DNA of 64,000 bases from Octopus vulgaris (GCA_951406725.2 OX597828.1:54250001-54314000); one strand, 5' to 3'. Positions 24,601 through 54,500 are shown, numbered from the stretch's first letter. The notes: generated from the sequence alone by a model not told the origin. Translations and numbers: made by a program.

Positions 24601-25639
24601 TTTTTTTTCAGGCCAATAGAGTAAGTACCAGTTGAGCACTGGGTCAATATATTTAACTTACTCTCTCCCCTGAAATTCCTGGTCATGTGCCAAAATTTGA
24701 AACCAATATTTAGGTAATGTGTTTAATTCTGAGAGAGATAGCAACATGTAGATGCTTCTTTGCTCATTATATGGTGTGTCTTTGGTCATGTAGACCTGGT
24801 GGGGGTCCATCTTTCTTCAAGTCTGAGTACTACTCATTTCTTCCAACCAGATGGTTCATGTTGGCCATGGATTTGAAATTGTTGCAGTTTGCCTGGGATC
24901 TTTTATTTGCACTGACTGCTGATTCCACAATGGAAGTCAATAACCCTGTGGTACTGTGCTAAGGAAGTATTATTTTATTACTTTATGGAATGGACAATGT
25001 TAGCAATTTGTTTGTATGTTGCAAGCATTCATGATACTTGAAGCTTTTATCACTGATGTTACTTTCCTTTGCAGTAACATTAAGGAGTGGAACTTACAAT
25101 TTCTTGTAAGGCTATCTCATGGTCCCAGCAGACAAAATGGAAAAAAGCATTGCCCTGTAGGATGTTGAGGTAGATGTGCTGAACAGCCACTAAGATTCAC
25201 GGGACTTGCACTTGCGGAAAGCTATCTCTGCCCTGATAATGGTGAGCAGGGAAATGGTCTGGGGCAAGAATGTTGGAGGTCTCCACTGCCACAGCTACTT
25301 TGACTCACAGGGCTTGCATGTGGTGGACAGGCATCTCTGCCCTGATAGCAGTGAACAATATGGTCCAGGAGTCAAGAATGCCAGAGATCTCTATAATCAC
25401 AGGCTTAACGATGAACCCATCAAAAAGCAATCAATACTTGGACAGTTTGCTTTTCTCAGCCTGGTTGTTGAACACACCAGGTTGCTGTGGAGAAGGTACT
25501 GTGTTAATAATGCTATCCCCTCATTTATTTTTTCGTCTGTCAGCTGAAGTGGTTTACCAAACTATGGCAATTAGGAACCACATGTGAGAGATTTAACAAA
25601 CAGATAAGGATCATGATGCCTGTCCACCCTCAATTAAGG

Positions 25640-25945
25640 GGCAGCACACTACCAATCAAACAGGTTTCCTCTAATCATGCTGCAGAATGGTTAGATTAGT
25701 AAACAACCAGCCTCTTCGTTGGTTGGCCAGCTGTGGGCTGGAAGAGATCCCATGACAGGCCCCACAGAAGATGGCTGGATGTAATTGGGGATGATCTCCA
25801 GAGGCTCAATATCATCTTGAAGGATGCAGGGGAGCTGGCAAGGGACCACCAGCTGTGGAGAGCACTGGTAGACTTGGTCAGCTCTACACATGAAGTTGTC
25901 TCTGGGACCAATAATCTGGGATGACCCCAGCCTTATCAAGCAAGA
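25640..25945 (+). mobile_element. Decayed RTE-like LINE 3' end (different family)
   Basis: GWKRSHDRPHRRWLDVIGDDLQRLNI...ARDHQLWRALV, typical RTE C-terminus. Confidence 0.65.
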
Positions 25946-27397
25946 GGTCAGAAGTTTGTATCTTAGAAGTTCCAGGTTCATTACCTAACAGTGCATATGA
26001 ACAGGGTCTGTGCCCACATGGTAGGGAAAACTTACAACAGCAGATTCATATCAACTGTGGTATAATCTACCAACACCTCATTAACTCACTGTACTGAGTT
26101 CAAATACTATTGTGGAACAGCTGCTACAAAATCTTTCATTGGATTATGAGGTAACAACCAATTTTTCCCCTGGTACCTGGCAACAACCAACATAATTATG
26201 GAGGACAGTCTGGTGAGGATACTTGTTATCATTGTCATTTTCACCTAGACACTCCAACCATGACAATCTAGTCTTCTATTCAAACATTATCTCATATTAC
26301 AAAACAACATGTGATTGGAGGGAAGTTTGGGTGCTATTTCTAGTAATTTGAATGGATCCCCTCATTGAATAGATTTATTTAAAAGTGTTTCAATGTTGCA
26401 AATTCAGCATATTTGATTATTTTCTCAACGAATTGTTGTTTAGCCCAGAGTCACCAATTGAGCAAACCCCTGATCAAAATCATTCCAGCTATGACCATCC
26501 TACCTTTTAAGTTATGTAGAACTACATTATCTAATGCAAAATTTCTTTTTTCCAAAGCAGCAAGATATAGCAATCTGAGGAAAAATTTAGCTACTATTTC
26601 TAGCATGTTGAACAACCACATAATGGATTTAATTTTTCTTTTCTTTCCAAACCTTTAGTACAGCAAGGAAGGTCAGTGCTCCTTTGACTGGGAGGTGAAA
26701 CCAACATGAAAATAATATGGCTAATGTTCAATTTGAACTCTCTCTTGCCAGGAATGAACATATGGACAAGGCTGATGAAATGTTGGAATTTATATAGAGG
26801 GTGTATATAACCATTAAGATTAGAGGGAAGGTAACTTCTGTAATAATAATCAATAAGACAGAGAGAGGACATAAGTTAAATCTTGAGTCAAACTTTGTGG
26901 ATTGTTGGAGAGAAAAAAAAAACTGCCACTCAGTCTAAGAAATATCTATATTTTTTCTTTTTTGGTGGTGGTGAATATAAAATATGTGATGTGCCAACAG
27001 TTGTGGCCTTATGAAATGAATTTATGTTCTCTCTTGTCTATAGACCATGTCTGAAATACTCATTAGTTAAATGCATCAGCCACTAGGCCCCACTTATTTC
27101 TGTAAATACAACCATTTAAAAATACATAAATAAAAACAAATAATTCAAAAATAATTTTTCTTTTATTATTTCAGATATTTGAGGAATGTCTATCAAAGAG
27201 AGTCGAGTTCCTGGGAAATTAAGTTTGTAATCCAATTTTAGTTTGTTACCATTAGAGTTCGAGTTTTTGAGGATCAACTGACTATCATCTCTGTAAAGGC
27301 CACCATCAATATAAGATCATTACATGGCCACTTTTTATCCATATGCTGTTGTTGAAAGGAATTTGGTATTTTTCTGGAATGCATGGTATTTCCAGTA

Positions 27398-27624
27398 TTA
27401 ACCCTTTAGCATTCAAATTATTCTGTTACATTTAATGCTTCGTTATTCAATTGTTTTGTATTAATTATACATCATCTCATACCTGTGAGATTTTGGTACA
27501 GTGGTCGTTTATTTTCAGATTGACATCATAGGATAGGTGTGAGAGACCAGATCTGGCTGGTTTGAGCATAGAACAGACAGAATATTTTGGTCGGATATGG
27601 CAGGTTTAAAAAATAAAAGGTTAA
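27398..27624 (+). mobile_element. piggyBac-like MITE
   Basis: TTAA-CCCTTTAGCATT...AAAAGG-TTAA; homologous copies at 35443 and 39960. Confidence 0.65.
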
Positions 27625-28231
27625 ACGTTACAATACCTGAATTAAATTTTACTCTGCAAAAAGTATTGAGTTCTCCAAGTCTTATGCATACACAGCCACA
27701 CATAGCTGTTTGAACTGACCTCAGTATATTGCTGGTACATATTTTATCAACTACAAAGGAATGATAGACAAACAACAGCCAAACATGGCAGGGATTGAAC
27801 TAAGCATTTCAAAGTTTGGAACCATGACCATTTTATTTTGACACTCTTCGGAGCGGGTCACTTTCTTAATGTCTTTGAGACTGGAATATTGGTTGGGCAT
27901 CAAACAAGTTTATTAGATTCTGAATGTACAGACAACCAATTTCTAGTTACTTCTTTTAACCAGGTATCATTTTAATTATTTTTTTACCTCTAAGAGGTTC
28001 ACAAAATGGTCTTGTTGAATGCTTATTGTTTCATTATCCAACAGCAAGTGGAAAAAAAAAAAACCCAGTTTCAACCAAGAATAGAAACTCACTTTCAGCT
28101 TTGATTCTATGTGGGAGCGGGGTATAGGATCCCTTGCTGCTACTTCACACCTTTTATCACAAGTATAGTTAATAGTCGAGTTCATAAAATAAATTTCAGT
28201 ATAAACAGGTCACGATTTTTGGGGTGTGGGG

Positions 28232-44458
<16,227 letters not shown>

Positions 44459-44632
44459 GTTGGTGAGAAATGTCCTGTTAGAGTTACCTCCCCTTAACAC
44501 GTGCGCTTCCAGGGTGGACAAAAACACTTGGGATCGATTTCATCGGATTCTCTACAGCCTCATCAATAAATTAATGTTGCCACAACGTCAGAAATCCTTA
44601 TATCTTACACTGGCGTAAGGCTGTGGGTAAGT
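44459..44632. promoter_or_regulatory. Candidate bidirectional promoter between the SDR (-) and FHA gene (+)
   Basis: Immediately upstream of the SDR ATG; CACGTG ~44498; plus-strand donor G|GTAAGT at 44627. Confidence 0.45.
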
Positions 44633-46260
44633 TGGGTATAATATTAGTATTCTTATTTTAATCTTCTCCGGGATCGGTGAAAAATAAAATCAACATCGAA
44701 GAACGTAATTAAATATTGTTTGGTAAAGTTAGTCCGGTTGGTACCTCTGCTACTTGCTTTACTCCACCGTCTTTTACTAATTTTTGATTCCATATTATGT
44801 GTGTGGGTGTGTGGTATCGTAGAGTTAGGTATGCATATTGTAACAATTATATTTAATTTCTTTTAGTTTTGAGTCCTGCAAAGTCTTCCTCGATCTATGA
44901 AACTCATATTTTTATGAATGAAAAGCGGAAGCACGTGGAAAACATTTAATACATTGAACAATACATAAAATATATAAGTTTGTGAATTGTAATGATTGCT
45001 TTCACAGTCATTAGGCTAAGTAAGACGAATGTTCGATAAAAGTCGATGCACAAAATCTTCCAAGTAAAGTTTTTTTTGAAGTTACGGAAATTACCGAATA
45101 ATTACGGAAATAATGTTTGTCAACTTATTAAAAAAAAAAAAAAAAAAGAAAATCAAGTTCACAAACAATATTTTGTATAAAATGTACATTCGTATGTAAG
45201 ATTTATATTTTCATACGGTAGACTTAAAACAATTTTATTTCTTTGCAAATTCCAAATTTTTCAAAGAACAAAATTATGAATTAAGGACGCTTATCTTCAA
45301 GAACGCACAAATCAATTTAAGTTGTGAATCTTTCAACGACAGGGTCCTTAATTTTGTTTTAGATATATTAGCTCATCATATGTTTACATTCTATCGCCGT
45401 TTTAAACATTAAAAATCAAGGTTAGCTGAGGGTTAACAGAATAGTGGCAAACCGACTGAACAGTTAATAATTCTTTTATTATCATCAACCGCTGCTTTCT
45501 GCAATAGTCCAATATTTTTTTTTATATTTCTCTCATCTACATAACAGAAACCGGCCGCGAACCATGATCCCTTGAATCCTCGAAATTCAGGAAAAGAGAA
45601 AAAATATCTAAATTTTAGAAACGAACTAATTATCGGTAAGAAGTTCTATGCTTTCTTGACGGGTGCATCTCTGCAGCCCATAGTACCATTGTATTTTGTC
45701 TTCGTAGAAAACTAGAATTTAAAAGGGGAAAAGAGATTTTGTGACGTTCGTGCTTTTCTTCTCCCAGTGGTATTGGGAGAATGGAATTAGCAAAATAACA
45801 TGTGAAGTGAGAATCGAAACCGCTCTCTTTCTGCTTTGTGTGAAAACGTTTATTGTTAACGATTTCTAACTTTAAAATAATTGTCGGAAGAAGGTATAAT
45901 AATCGATCTTAATCTACCTTTGTACTGTATTGGTTTATCATTTCATCGATCCTAGAGAGTGAAAGGAGAAAAATCAGCCTCGGCAGAATTTGAACTCGGA
46001 ACTTAACGGGGCATGACTTGATATCACAAGCAATTGTCTGGCGCTTTGTCAATTAATTGTGTCACTTTGACCTAAAGTTATCCAATGTTATTAACGGCAT
46101 GTTTGAGGTGAAACGGTTTCTTGTCAGGCCTCGAAATAAACACCACGTTGTCATCTTTTATGGAATTTATGCGTTTGACTCTCTCGCTTGCAACCCATAA
46201 ATAATATTAATCCCTTGTTACAAGAACAATAACGACATAACCAACTTACATTAAAGCCTT

Positions 46261-47124
46261 ATGGTGGACAACAAGGCTTTGTGTTCTCCAGCGGTGGAAG
46301 CTGGATCGAATCCTATACTTCGTCATATTTCACCTATTAGTAGTGAGACTTGCTCTTGTCTTCCTTTTATGAAATTAAACAAAGGTACGACAACATTTGG
46401 TCGCCATCCCAATAATGATTTCCTAATTGATTCTTCGACCTTGAAAAACTTTATTTCACGTTGGCATTGTAAGATCGAACCTTGCTATTCGGCTGAGGGA
46501 AAAATTACTTATCGAATATTCGACTGCAGTTTAAACGGTACTTTCGTGAACGACTTCAGAATAAGCAAGGAAGGCTGTGTCTTAAAGAATGGCGACAAAA
46601 TAATATTTGGACATCTGAACGGTTCCAACATCAAAGCTGGTAGTTTCGCTCCGCAAAAAAATTCAATGTTTCAATACTCGTTTCAAGATGGTGATAATCT
46701 GTTACATTTACCAAAGACCAAAAATTTCAAATATACTTGGTCCAGCCCATGTTGTAAAAAGGGCAAGAAATGTTCTGCGGTGCATAAGAAAAAACTGACA
46801 AAATATTGCTCCCCTAAAGTGAAAAAGATAACGTCTTTCAGTAAAGATTTCAAGAGTGAGCAATTAACAAAGAAGAACCATTCTTCTCCAGCAAAAAGCA
46901 AAATGACAGATTCTTCTGAAGATACTTCCAGTCAGATACAACAGCAGAAGATATCGATACAGCGATCAACTGACTTAGTGTTTGGGAAGTACTGCGACAG
47001 CAGTGATAATAGTGAGGGCAGTGATACAAGTTTGTTGGACAAAGTGAAGTTGTCTGTGGAAAGTTTTGGTGCTATTGACAGTGATGTGTTAGACTCAAGT
47101 GATAGTCCCAACAAGGGTTTCTAG
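46261..47124 (+). CDS. FHA-domain protein (TCF19-like), Lys/Ser-rich tail, 287 aa
   Basis: FHA signature residues FGR...ISRWH...DCSLNGTFVN...LKNGDKIIFG; the TCF19 assignment is from resemblance only. Confidence 0.85.
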   Translation: MVDNKALCSPAVEAGSNPILRHISPISSETCSCLPFMKLNKGTTTFGRHPNNDFLIDSSTLKNFISRWHCKIEPCYSAEGKITYRIFDCSLNGTFVNDFRISKEGCVLKNGDKIIFGHLNGSNIKAGSFAPQKNSMFQYSFQDGDNLLHLPKTKNFKYTWSSPCCKKGKKCSAVHKKKLTKYCSPKVKKITSFSKDFKSEQLTKKNHSSPAKSKMTDSSEDTSSQIQQQKISIQRSTDLVFGKYCDSSDNSEGSDTSLLDKVKLSVESFGAIDSDVLDSSDSPNKGF

Positions 47125-47908
47125 AGGAACTCTTCAAGACGAACAGACTGGATATTCTATAGACATGTGATGTTTGAAAACACTTAAAGAACAAAAGTAA
47201 CCAAAACCCAACACGTGGTGGCATTGATTAACAAATCTTTGTTGATGGTAGTGATCATAATATTGTCAAATTATTACAAAGTTTTTGTATTTGACGTACG
47301 AGTTCAATTTCTACTGTGGCCTTAAGATTCTACCTCAACCACTTAGTTTAAAATATATTTTCTATGTTCAATCTCAGATAAGTCTTTGAAAAAATAAAAT
47401 ATTATCGAATTTAATATAGTTGTTAGATTTTTTTTTTATTTTTCAATATTGTTAAAAGTCAGAATGAATCCCGATCTTGCGCAACCCGGAACCCTATTTT
47501 ACCATACACCTGGCACTCCACCAGTACTACGGTTTAAAGAGGTGTTACAGTATAGAGAAAAATAAGCCATCCACCGGTAAACCGATGCTACGGGCTCAAA
47601 GGATTAATTATCCAAACTTTCTACAGAAACAAAGAATTTATTGTATACGTTCAGTGCCCGAACGTTGTTGGCTTATTGAGTTGTGTTGAACTGCTTTTAT
47701 CACGTGCAGGACGTGATAGCAGTCTATTGAGTTCCACTGTCTTTCTGGTGACTTTGGCAAGATTGGTTAGCGTGGGCAAAATTGAAAAGGCCGAAGATAG
47801 ACGTTTTCTTTTTTAGCCAGTCTTTGCGTAATGGTAGGAATTCCCGTGTGTAGAATACAAATTCGCAAAAAAGTTTCTGAAAATTCTAAAAAATAAGTTA
47901 TGGGGTGG

Positions 47909-48322
47909 GGATCTTTTCGGTTTGAACGGCAGTTTTTTTCTAGCGGTGTCATATGCAATTGTCACTCATAATTATGACCCCTAGTATCGATCTATTGCAT
48001 TTCAATCTGTATTAGGGTTAGGGGTGGGGGGAAGGGTATGTTTTTTTTCTTCACAAATGTAAATAAGCCCAATCTGTTTCTTAAACGAGGGACATATTCA
48101 TACGACACAGAATGTTTTCACCTCAATAGACGTCATTGATTGGTTGAAATTGCAGAAATTAAAGAAAAACAACAACAAATATCTTACAAACTATAGAATT
48201 TTCTCAATAAAGCCAAGAGAAAAAGATGTTTTATAAAGACATTCTACCAGTATACGAAGTTTAAACGTGTTTAGTTACGTGGAAATTATTTTTAAAAACT
48301 GCCGGTCAAACCGAAAAGATCC
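47909..48322 (+). mobile_element. Merlin-like MITE, copy 2
   Basis: Same TIRs and body as 30667; approximate TSD atgg(g)gtgg. Confidence 0.85.
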
Positions 48323-48647
48323 ATGGGTGGGGGTTATATGGCATGCTAAAAGTAGAATTCCACCAAATCCCGTTTTCTAACTGGGTAAAAATGATCAAAT
48401 TTTATACTTCTATAACTGTTTAAAAACATTTTTTCTGGAAAACGTGATTGTCTCCCGAGATTCAGCGTGGAAAATTACATCAATACATCAAATTTTAAAA
48501 TTTTCACTGATGCAGCCAAACAAAAGATCCCCCAAGATCTCAGACCTTTTCAATTTATACTTGAAATGGAAAATAAGGGGAGAAAAGGAAATGTTGTCTT
48601 CCAGCAAATTTATTGAAAGATGGATGAAAGTGGTGAACGACCTGTTC

Positions 48648-48658
48648 TGCGCATGCGC
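48648..48658. promoter_or_regulatory. NRF1-type motif TGCGCATGCGC
   Basis: Exact core match in otherwise CpG-poor DNA; function unproven. Confidence 0.35.
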
Positions 48659-48816
48659 TTCTAAATTTTGAGGTGGACAGCTAAGAGCGGGTACCTTGCT
48701 CTGTGGTCAGGGTGATTGAAGTTTTTGGAGTTCCCATGATTATTCCTCGGATATTTCCTCACTTTTGATTGTATCTTGTTATGAACTGAAAACTGTTCAT
48801 AATAAAACATTAAGAT

Positions 48817-49408
48817 AAGGCGGCGAACTGGCAGAATCGTTAGCACGCCGGGCATAATGCTTAGCGGTATTTCGTCTGCCGCTACGTTCTGAGTTCAAAT
48901 TCCGCCGAGGTCGACTTTGCCTTTCATCTTTTCGGGGTCGATAAATTAAGTACCAGTTACGCACTGGGGTCGATGTAATTGACTGACTTAATCCCTTTGT
49001 CTGTCCTTGTTTGTCCTCTCTGTGTTTAGCCCCTTGTGGGTAGTAAAGAAATAGGTATTTCGTTTGCCGTTACGTTCTGAGTTCTAATTCCGCCGAGGTC
49101 GACTTTGTCTTTCATCCTTTCGGGGTCGATTGAATAAGTACCAATTACGCACTGGGGTCGATATAATCGACTTAATCCGTTTGTCTGTCCTTGTTTGTCC
49201 CCTCTGTGTTTAGCCCCTTGTAGGTAGTAAAGAAATAGGTATTTCTTCCGTTTTTACTTCCTGAGTTCAAATTCTGCTGAGGTCGACTTTGCCTTTCATC
49301 CTCCCGGGAGTCGATTGAAATAACTACCAGTTGAGCACTGAGGTCGATGTAATCGACTAGCCCCTACTCTCCACCAAATTCCAGGCCTTGTGCCTACAAT
49401 AGAAAGAA
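48817..49408 (+). mobile_element. Tandem SINE family B array (one full unit, one headless unit, one older variant)
   Basis: Head aaggcggcgaactggcagaatcgttagcacgccggg; Meta-like core repeated three times. Confidence 0.85.
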
Positions 49409-49857
49409 TATTACAGGAATATAAACAAACCGTTTTTAGGGTTAAGGCGGCGAGTGGTACAGATCAGCTGCCTAGTAGATGTGAAATTAAGGAAAAGAAG
49501 AGCATCTATGGAAAAGCTGATGGGAAAATTACAGCTCTTATACCCAGGCGTAGACTTTTATTTCTTTCTGGTGTCATAGGTTCACGGGGTTACATAACTA
49601 TAAATCTTACAAGAAGCCTAAAAATACTTGGGTTATTTATGAAAGATCAAAATAAACTGATTTACATTTTCGAAATACAATCGAATTGTGTAACTGTGAA
49701 AATTTGTAAAACATTTCAGAAATTCGCCATTTGAGGTTTCTGGGTTAAGATATTCACATTGTCACATTTACATATGGGACACATACACACACACACACAC
49801 ACAATCGCGCGCGCATACACATAACATGCACACATATACTCACACATGGACTATTCT

Positions 49858-50088
49858 TATTTCTTTATTGCCCAAAAGGGGCTAAACATAGAGGGGACAA
49901 ACAAGGACAGACAAAGGGATTAAGTCGATTATATCGACCACAGTGTGTAACTGGTACTTAATTTATCGACCCCGAAAGGATGAAAGGCAAAGTTGACCTC
50001 GGCGGAATTTGAACTCAGAACATAGCGGCAGACGAAATACCGCTAAGCATTTCGCCCGGCGCGCTAACGTTCCTACAAGCTCGCCGCT
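49858..50088 (-). mobile_element. SINE family B, full length
   Basis: Reverse complement of family B. Confidence 0.85.
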
Positions 50089-50321
50089 GGTAGAATGGAC
50101 CTGTTCTGGTAACCATAAACACCTATAACTGTTTTGAGTTAAATAAAAAGATCCTTGTCACTTTGTTAGAGACCGGAAAGGAAAAAACTTAAAATTGACT
50201 CCCCAAAAAGCATATATTCATTGTTTTAATACTTCGTTTTTGTATTTCGTTTGCAAATGTTTTAACTTTAATATTGACGTAATCTCTTCCCCTAGACACA
50301 ACAAAAATAGTTTTAATATCC

Positions 50322-50567
50322 CACTCTTTACTCTTTTACGTGTTTCAGTCATTTGACTGTAGCCATGCTGGAGCACCGCCTTTAGTCGATCAAATGAACC
50401 CCAGGACTTGTTATTTGTAAGCCTAGTACTTATTCTATCGGCCTTTTTTGCCGAACCGATAAGTGACGGGGACGTAAACACACCAGCATCGGTTGTCAAG
50501 CGATGTTGGTGGAGACAAACACAGACACATAAAGATATACACACACATACATAATAATAATAATAAT

Positions 50568-50617
<50 letters not shown>

Positions 50618-50757
50618 GACGGGCTTCTTTCAGTTTCCGTCTACCACGTCCACTCACAAGGCTTTGGTCAGCTCGAGGCTATAGTAGAAGACACTTACCC
50701 AAGGTGCTACACAGTGGGACTGAACCCGGAACCACGTGGTTGGTAAGCAAGCTACTT
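50322..50757 (-). mobile_element. SINE family A
   Basis: Reverse complement of family A. Confidence 0.85.
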
Positions 50758-52109
50758 AAAAAAAGTTTTTAGTAGAATTTTACGTTGCTTGAAGTTTTTT
50801 AAAATATAATTTTGTGTTACTTATGAAATTTACATAGCAACCCTGGCTTGGAACAGATACCAGTGTCACAATCACTGATTCTTCAATAATACATTACGAC
50901 CACAATTAGGTTAATTATTTAGAGGCAAAGGAACGATTTTTATTTCGAAGTATTGTTTGTAATTAAGGTAAGGTCAAAACCGTGATAAACCTGTCTTAGA
51001 TATGATCGACGGCGTGGGAAACCATGAGATTGACAGTCCCATGGATAATATTAGAATACAAAAATCTTTAATTTCAACAAACATGATCGAAGTTCAGACT
51101 ATTCTGCTATGCAAGTCTTCCGTTCTGAGTTCAAACCCTATCAAAGTTGACTTTACTTTTTATCCTTTCAGTAGTCCATGAAATAACCAAGTTCAGTGTT
51201 ACGGTCTATTTTATACATTTTTGCCATCAACCCTAAATTTTCGGCCTTTATGATAATGAAGTTAGAAATTATTACTGTGTCCTCTTAATCACAGGTAGAT
51301 CGCGGGTGCAAGGTGGGAGAGTTGATTAAACGGCTAGCAATGTGGAGTTATGTCCCGTGCAGTGTTCAGTTATGTCCCTTTATAGTCTGTGTTGACGCCA
51401 ACTAATTTTTTTTTTTTTTTGTCTTTCGGGAGTTGGCAACCGATGTACCAGTGATATACTGTGGATAATTTAATCAGTTTTTATCCTCGATCAAATCTTT
51501 ATTGTAAATGTGAGGTTGAATGCCGGACTGATTAGTTTGTGATAGTAATGTATTTTCCTCTGGGTTCTGTTTTCAAATCCAGCCTGAGTCAACATCGCCG
51601 TCACTTTCTCGGGGCCAATAAAATTATGTATCGTTATTTTGTTTAACCGTAGGCCAGTCTTGATCCTACCACATTCTGGTCAAATACATCCTTGTCATGA
51701 TCTTCACGTAGAGCAAGTACAGTCTAATGTTTATTTTCCCAAGACAGAAGGTTTGGTTCCTTTCTCTAGCAGATTTCAACGAGCATGTGGAAGTTGAAAA
51801 TTCAGTTGGAAGTTGGGGTGAGGTTTACCAAATTGACTGTGCTCTTCCTGTCTAACGACTTATTCCTGTATAGCTGTCCCTTCAAACAAAATTCTGACAA
51901 ATTTGAATGAAAATAACGAAGCAAATGGCTGACCTCATAGTTCAGTGGGTAACGAAGTGACGAGGACTCTTTGATAACCTCCAGTCCCGAGTTCAAATCC
52001 TCCTGTGAATATTCTTTTCTTTAACCCCAAGTCACCCAGCAAACGTAGAATCAAGACCATTCAAGCTGTAAACTTCTCATATCTTTTAAGGCGTAGTATA
52101 TTAAAGACT

Positions 52110-52407
52110 TGTGGAGGCACATGGCCTAGCGGTTAGAGCAGCGGGCTCGCGATCGAGGGATCGCGGGTTCGAATCTCAGACCGGGCGGAGTGTGTGCTTA
52201 TGAGCGAAATACCTAAGCTCCACGCGGCTCCGGCAAAAGGTAATGGCGAACTTCTGCTGACTCTTTCGCCAAAACTTTCTCTCACTCTTTCCTCCTGCAT
52301 CTTGCAACTCATCTGTGACTGACCGGCGACCCGTCCAGGTGGGGAACCTATACGCCAATGAAACCGGGAAACCGGCCCTATGAGCCAGGCGTGGCTCGAG
52401 AACTACA
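52110..52407 (+). mobile_element. tRNA(Arg-like)-derived SINE, family D (V-domain-like), with 12-bp TSD
   Basis: A box tggcctagcgg, B box ggttcgaatc, ggcgacccgtccagg segment; TSD atat(t/c)aaagact at 52098 and 52408; CpG-rich, so probably young. Confidence 0.75.
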
Positions 52408-52740
52408 ATATCAAAGACTAAAACTTAAAAACGTTTTCTTTCCTTTGAGATAGGAAAATGTGGTTTAAGGAAGTTTTTGCAGGTTGATCGAATTTTGTTA
52501 GGTTGCAGAAGTGGGATACAATTAGTATTACTTATTGATGTAGTAATTACCACACGGTATTTTGTCTCTATTCTATCGTCCGCCACTTTCGAAATGGTTT
52601 TATATAATGACTAAATGACTATTTTACAAGACTGTATAGTTTGCAAAGGAAAATCGTCTTGGTTGTCTGTTATAATTCCATCTTCATGTTGGTTTAAGAA
52701 CGCCTCAGGTTCGAATGAGTTTGATATTACAAGAATATTA

Positions 52741-53205
52741 AAGGAGGCGAAACTGGCAGAATCGTTAGGATGCCGGACAAAATGCTTTGTGGCATTTCTT
52801 CCGTTTTTACTTCCTGAGTTCAAATTCCTATTTCTTTACTACCCACAAGGGGTTAAACACAGAAGGGACAAACAAGAACAGACAAAGGGATTAAGTCGAT
52901 TATATCGACCCCAATGCGTAACTGGTACTTAATTTATCGACCCCGAAAGGATGAAAGGCAAAGTCGACCTCGGCGGAATTTGAACTCAGAACGTAACAGC
53001 AGACGAAATACGGCTACGCATTTCGCCTGGCGTGCTAACGTTTCTGCCAGCTCGCCGCCTCAGTTCTAATTCCGCTGAGGTCAACTTTGCCTTTCATCCT
53101 CTCGGGAGTCGATTGAAATAACTACCAGTTGAGCACTGAGGTCGATGTAATCGACTAGCCCCTACTCTCCACCAAATTCCAGGCCTTGTGCCTACAATAG
53201 AAAGA
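52741..53205. mobile_element. Older SINE B (+) interrupted by a younger SINE B (-, ~52829-53061)
   Basis: TSD agttc(a/t)aattcc flanks the inner copy. Confidence 0.75.
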
Positions 53206-53565
53206 ATATTACAGGAATATAAACAAACCAATGTATGTCGGCTGCTGTCTTATTTTATCGAAAGCAAAGCTGACCTCGGCAGGGTTTGAACTCGGAACAC
53301 TAAGCATTTAAAACTGGCATACAACTGTGGTTGTGTGCTCAGAGGATTTCTGAATGATTTTTTTCTTTCTTTTTAAATCTATTTTTGATGATGTCTATAA
53401 TGGAAAAAAAAAAGAGTTTATAGCAGTTACCTCCCTTGGACTACTAAGAATACACCTTCCATGTTCACCAGTTTTTTTTTTAAACTCCAGTTCAGTCATT
53501 TAGTAGGGACATTTGCTAAAAGATTTTCCAGCCATGACCCTCCCGACTTATGTAGGATTATATCT

Positions 53566-53570
53566 ATATC

Positions 53571-53650
<80 letters not shown>
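53566..53650. repeat. (TATC)n microsatellite
   Basis: Read directly. Confidence 0.95.
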
Positions 53651-53653
<3 letters not shown>

Positions 53654-54019
53654 ATATATGTGTGTGTGTCTTTGTGTCTGTGTTTGTCCAACACCGCTCG
53701 ACAGCCAGTGTTGGTACGCTTACCTCCCCGTAACTCAGCGGTTCGGTAAAAAGAGTTCGATAAAATAAGTGCTAGAGTCGATTCGTTCGACTAAAAATTC
53801 TTGGAAGCGGTGCACCAGCATGGCTGCGGTGTAGTGACTGAAGCTAGTAAAACGATAAAAGATAAAAGAGACCCCGTTATCATTTCAGTCATCGAAAATT
53901 GCATCAGCGATGGTTTATTCGCGCTGAAATTGCAGGAATTAAAGCTACTGCAAACCTGTTTTTTTTTCTTTCCCTGACGGGGACTTGAGTTATAACAATG
54001 TTGGAGACCCTTCTGTACT

Positions 54020-54500
54020 TTCAGAAAGTATCTCAGGATCTCAAGCGCTTCGGTCTTTAGCCTGTATTCTGCGCCTGAGTGGGACAGTAATAACTGAATG
54101 AACCTTTATCTGCAGAAAAGAGCTCCATCTGGTGTCTTGTGTCAGCGACCGTCTTGGGCTGGTCTTGACTGTCATGGCTTTCTCTCTGGTGACTCTCTTT
54201 AGTTTTTTTTTTTTTTTGGTTCCAAACCAATCTTCTGCAGAAAATAGTGAAATGAAGTTGCTGAGGAACAACGTGGGCCGATTCTAATGGAGATTGAAGT
54301 TGTGTGCTATTCATTGAGCCTCATTAATCAAGCCTTAGTAATTTGCTTCGCTTAGTTGGTGAGAAATGTCAAGTCTCTTCTCCCAGGGGGCTGTGAGATC
54401 AGTCATGGCGATCCTTTTCTTTTGTTCTCTTAGACAGAAATGGCATGTCTGGTCGGAGTGACGCTACTACCGGAATAACGAGTCTGTCTTTCAGACCCAT
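54020..54500 (-). pseudogene. Possible highly decayed Tc1/mariner-type transposase fragment
   Basis: ELFSADKGSFSYY...QNTG / IQAKDRSA loosely resembles the FSDE..F......QN.R.WA motif; many stops and frameshifts. Confidence 0.3.

Noticed and set aside
52113-52185. Functional tRNA gene (also SINE heads at 40126 and 39381-39457)
   Set aside because: A/B boxes are present but acceptor and anticodon stems are incomplete and the sequence continues into SINE bodies.
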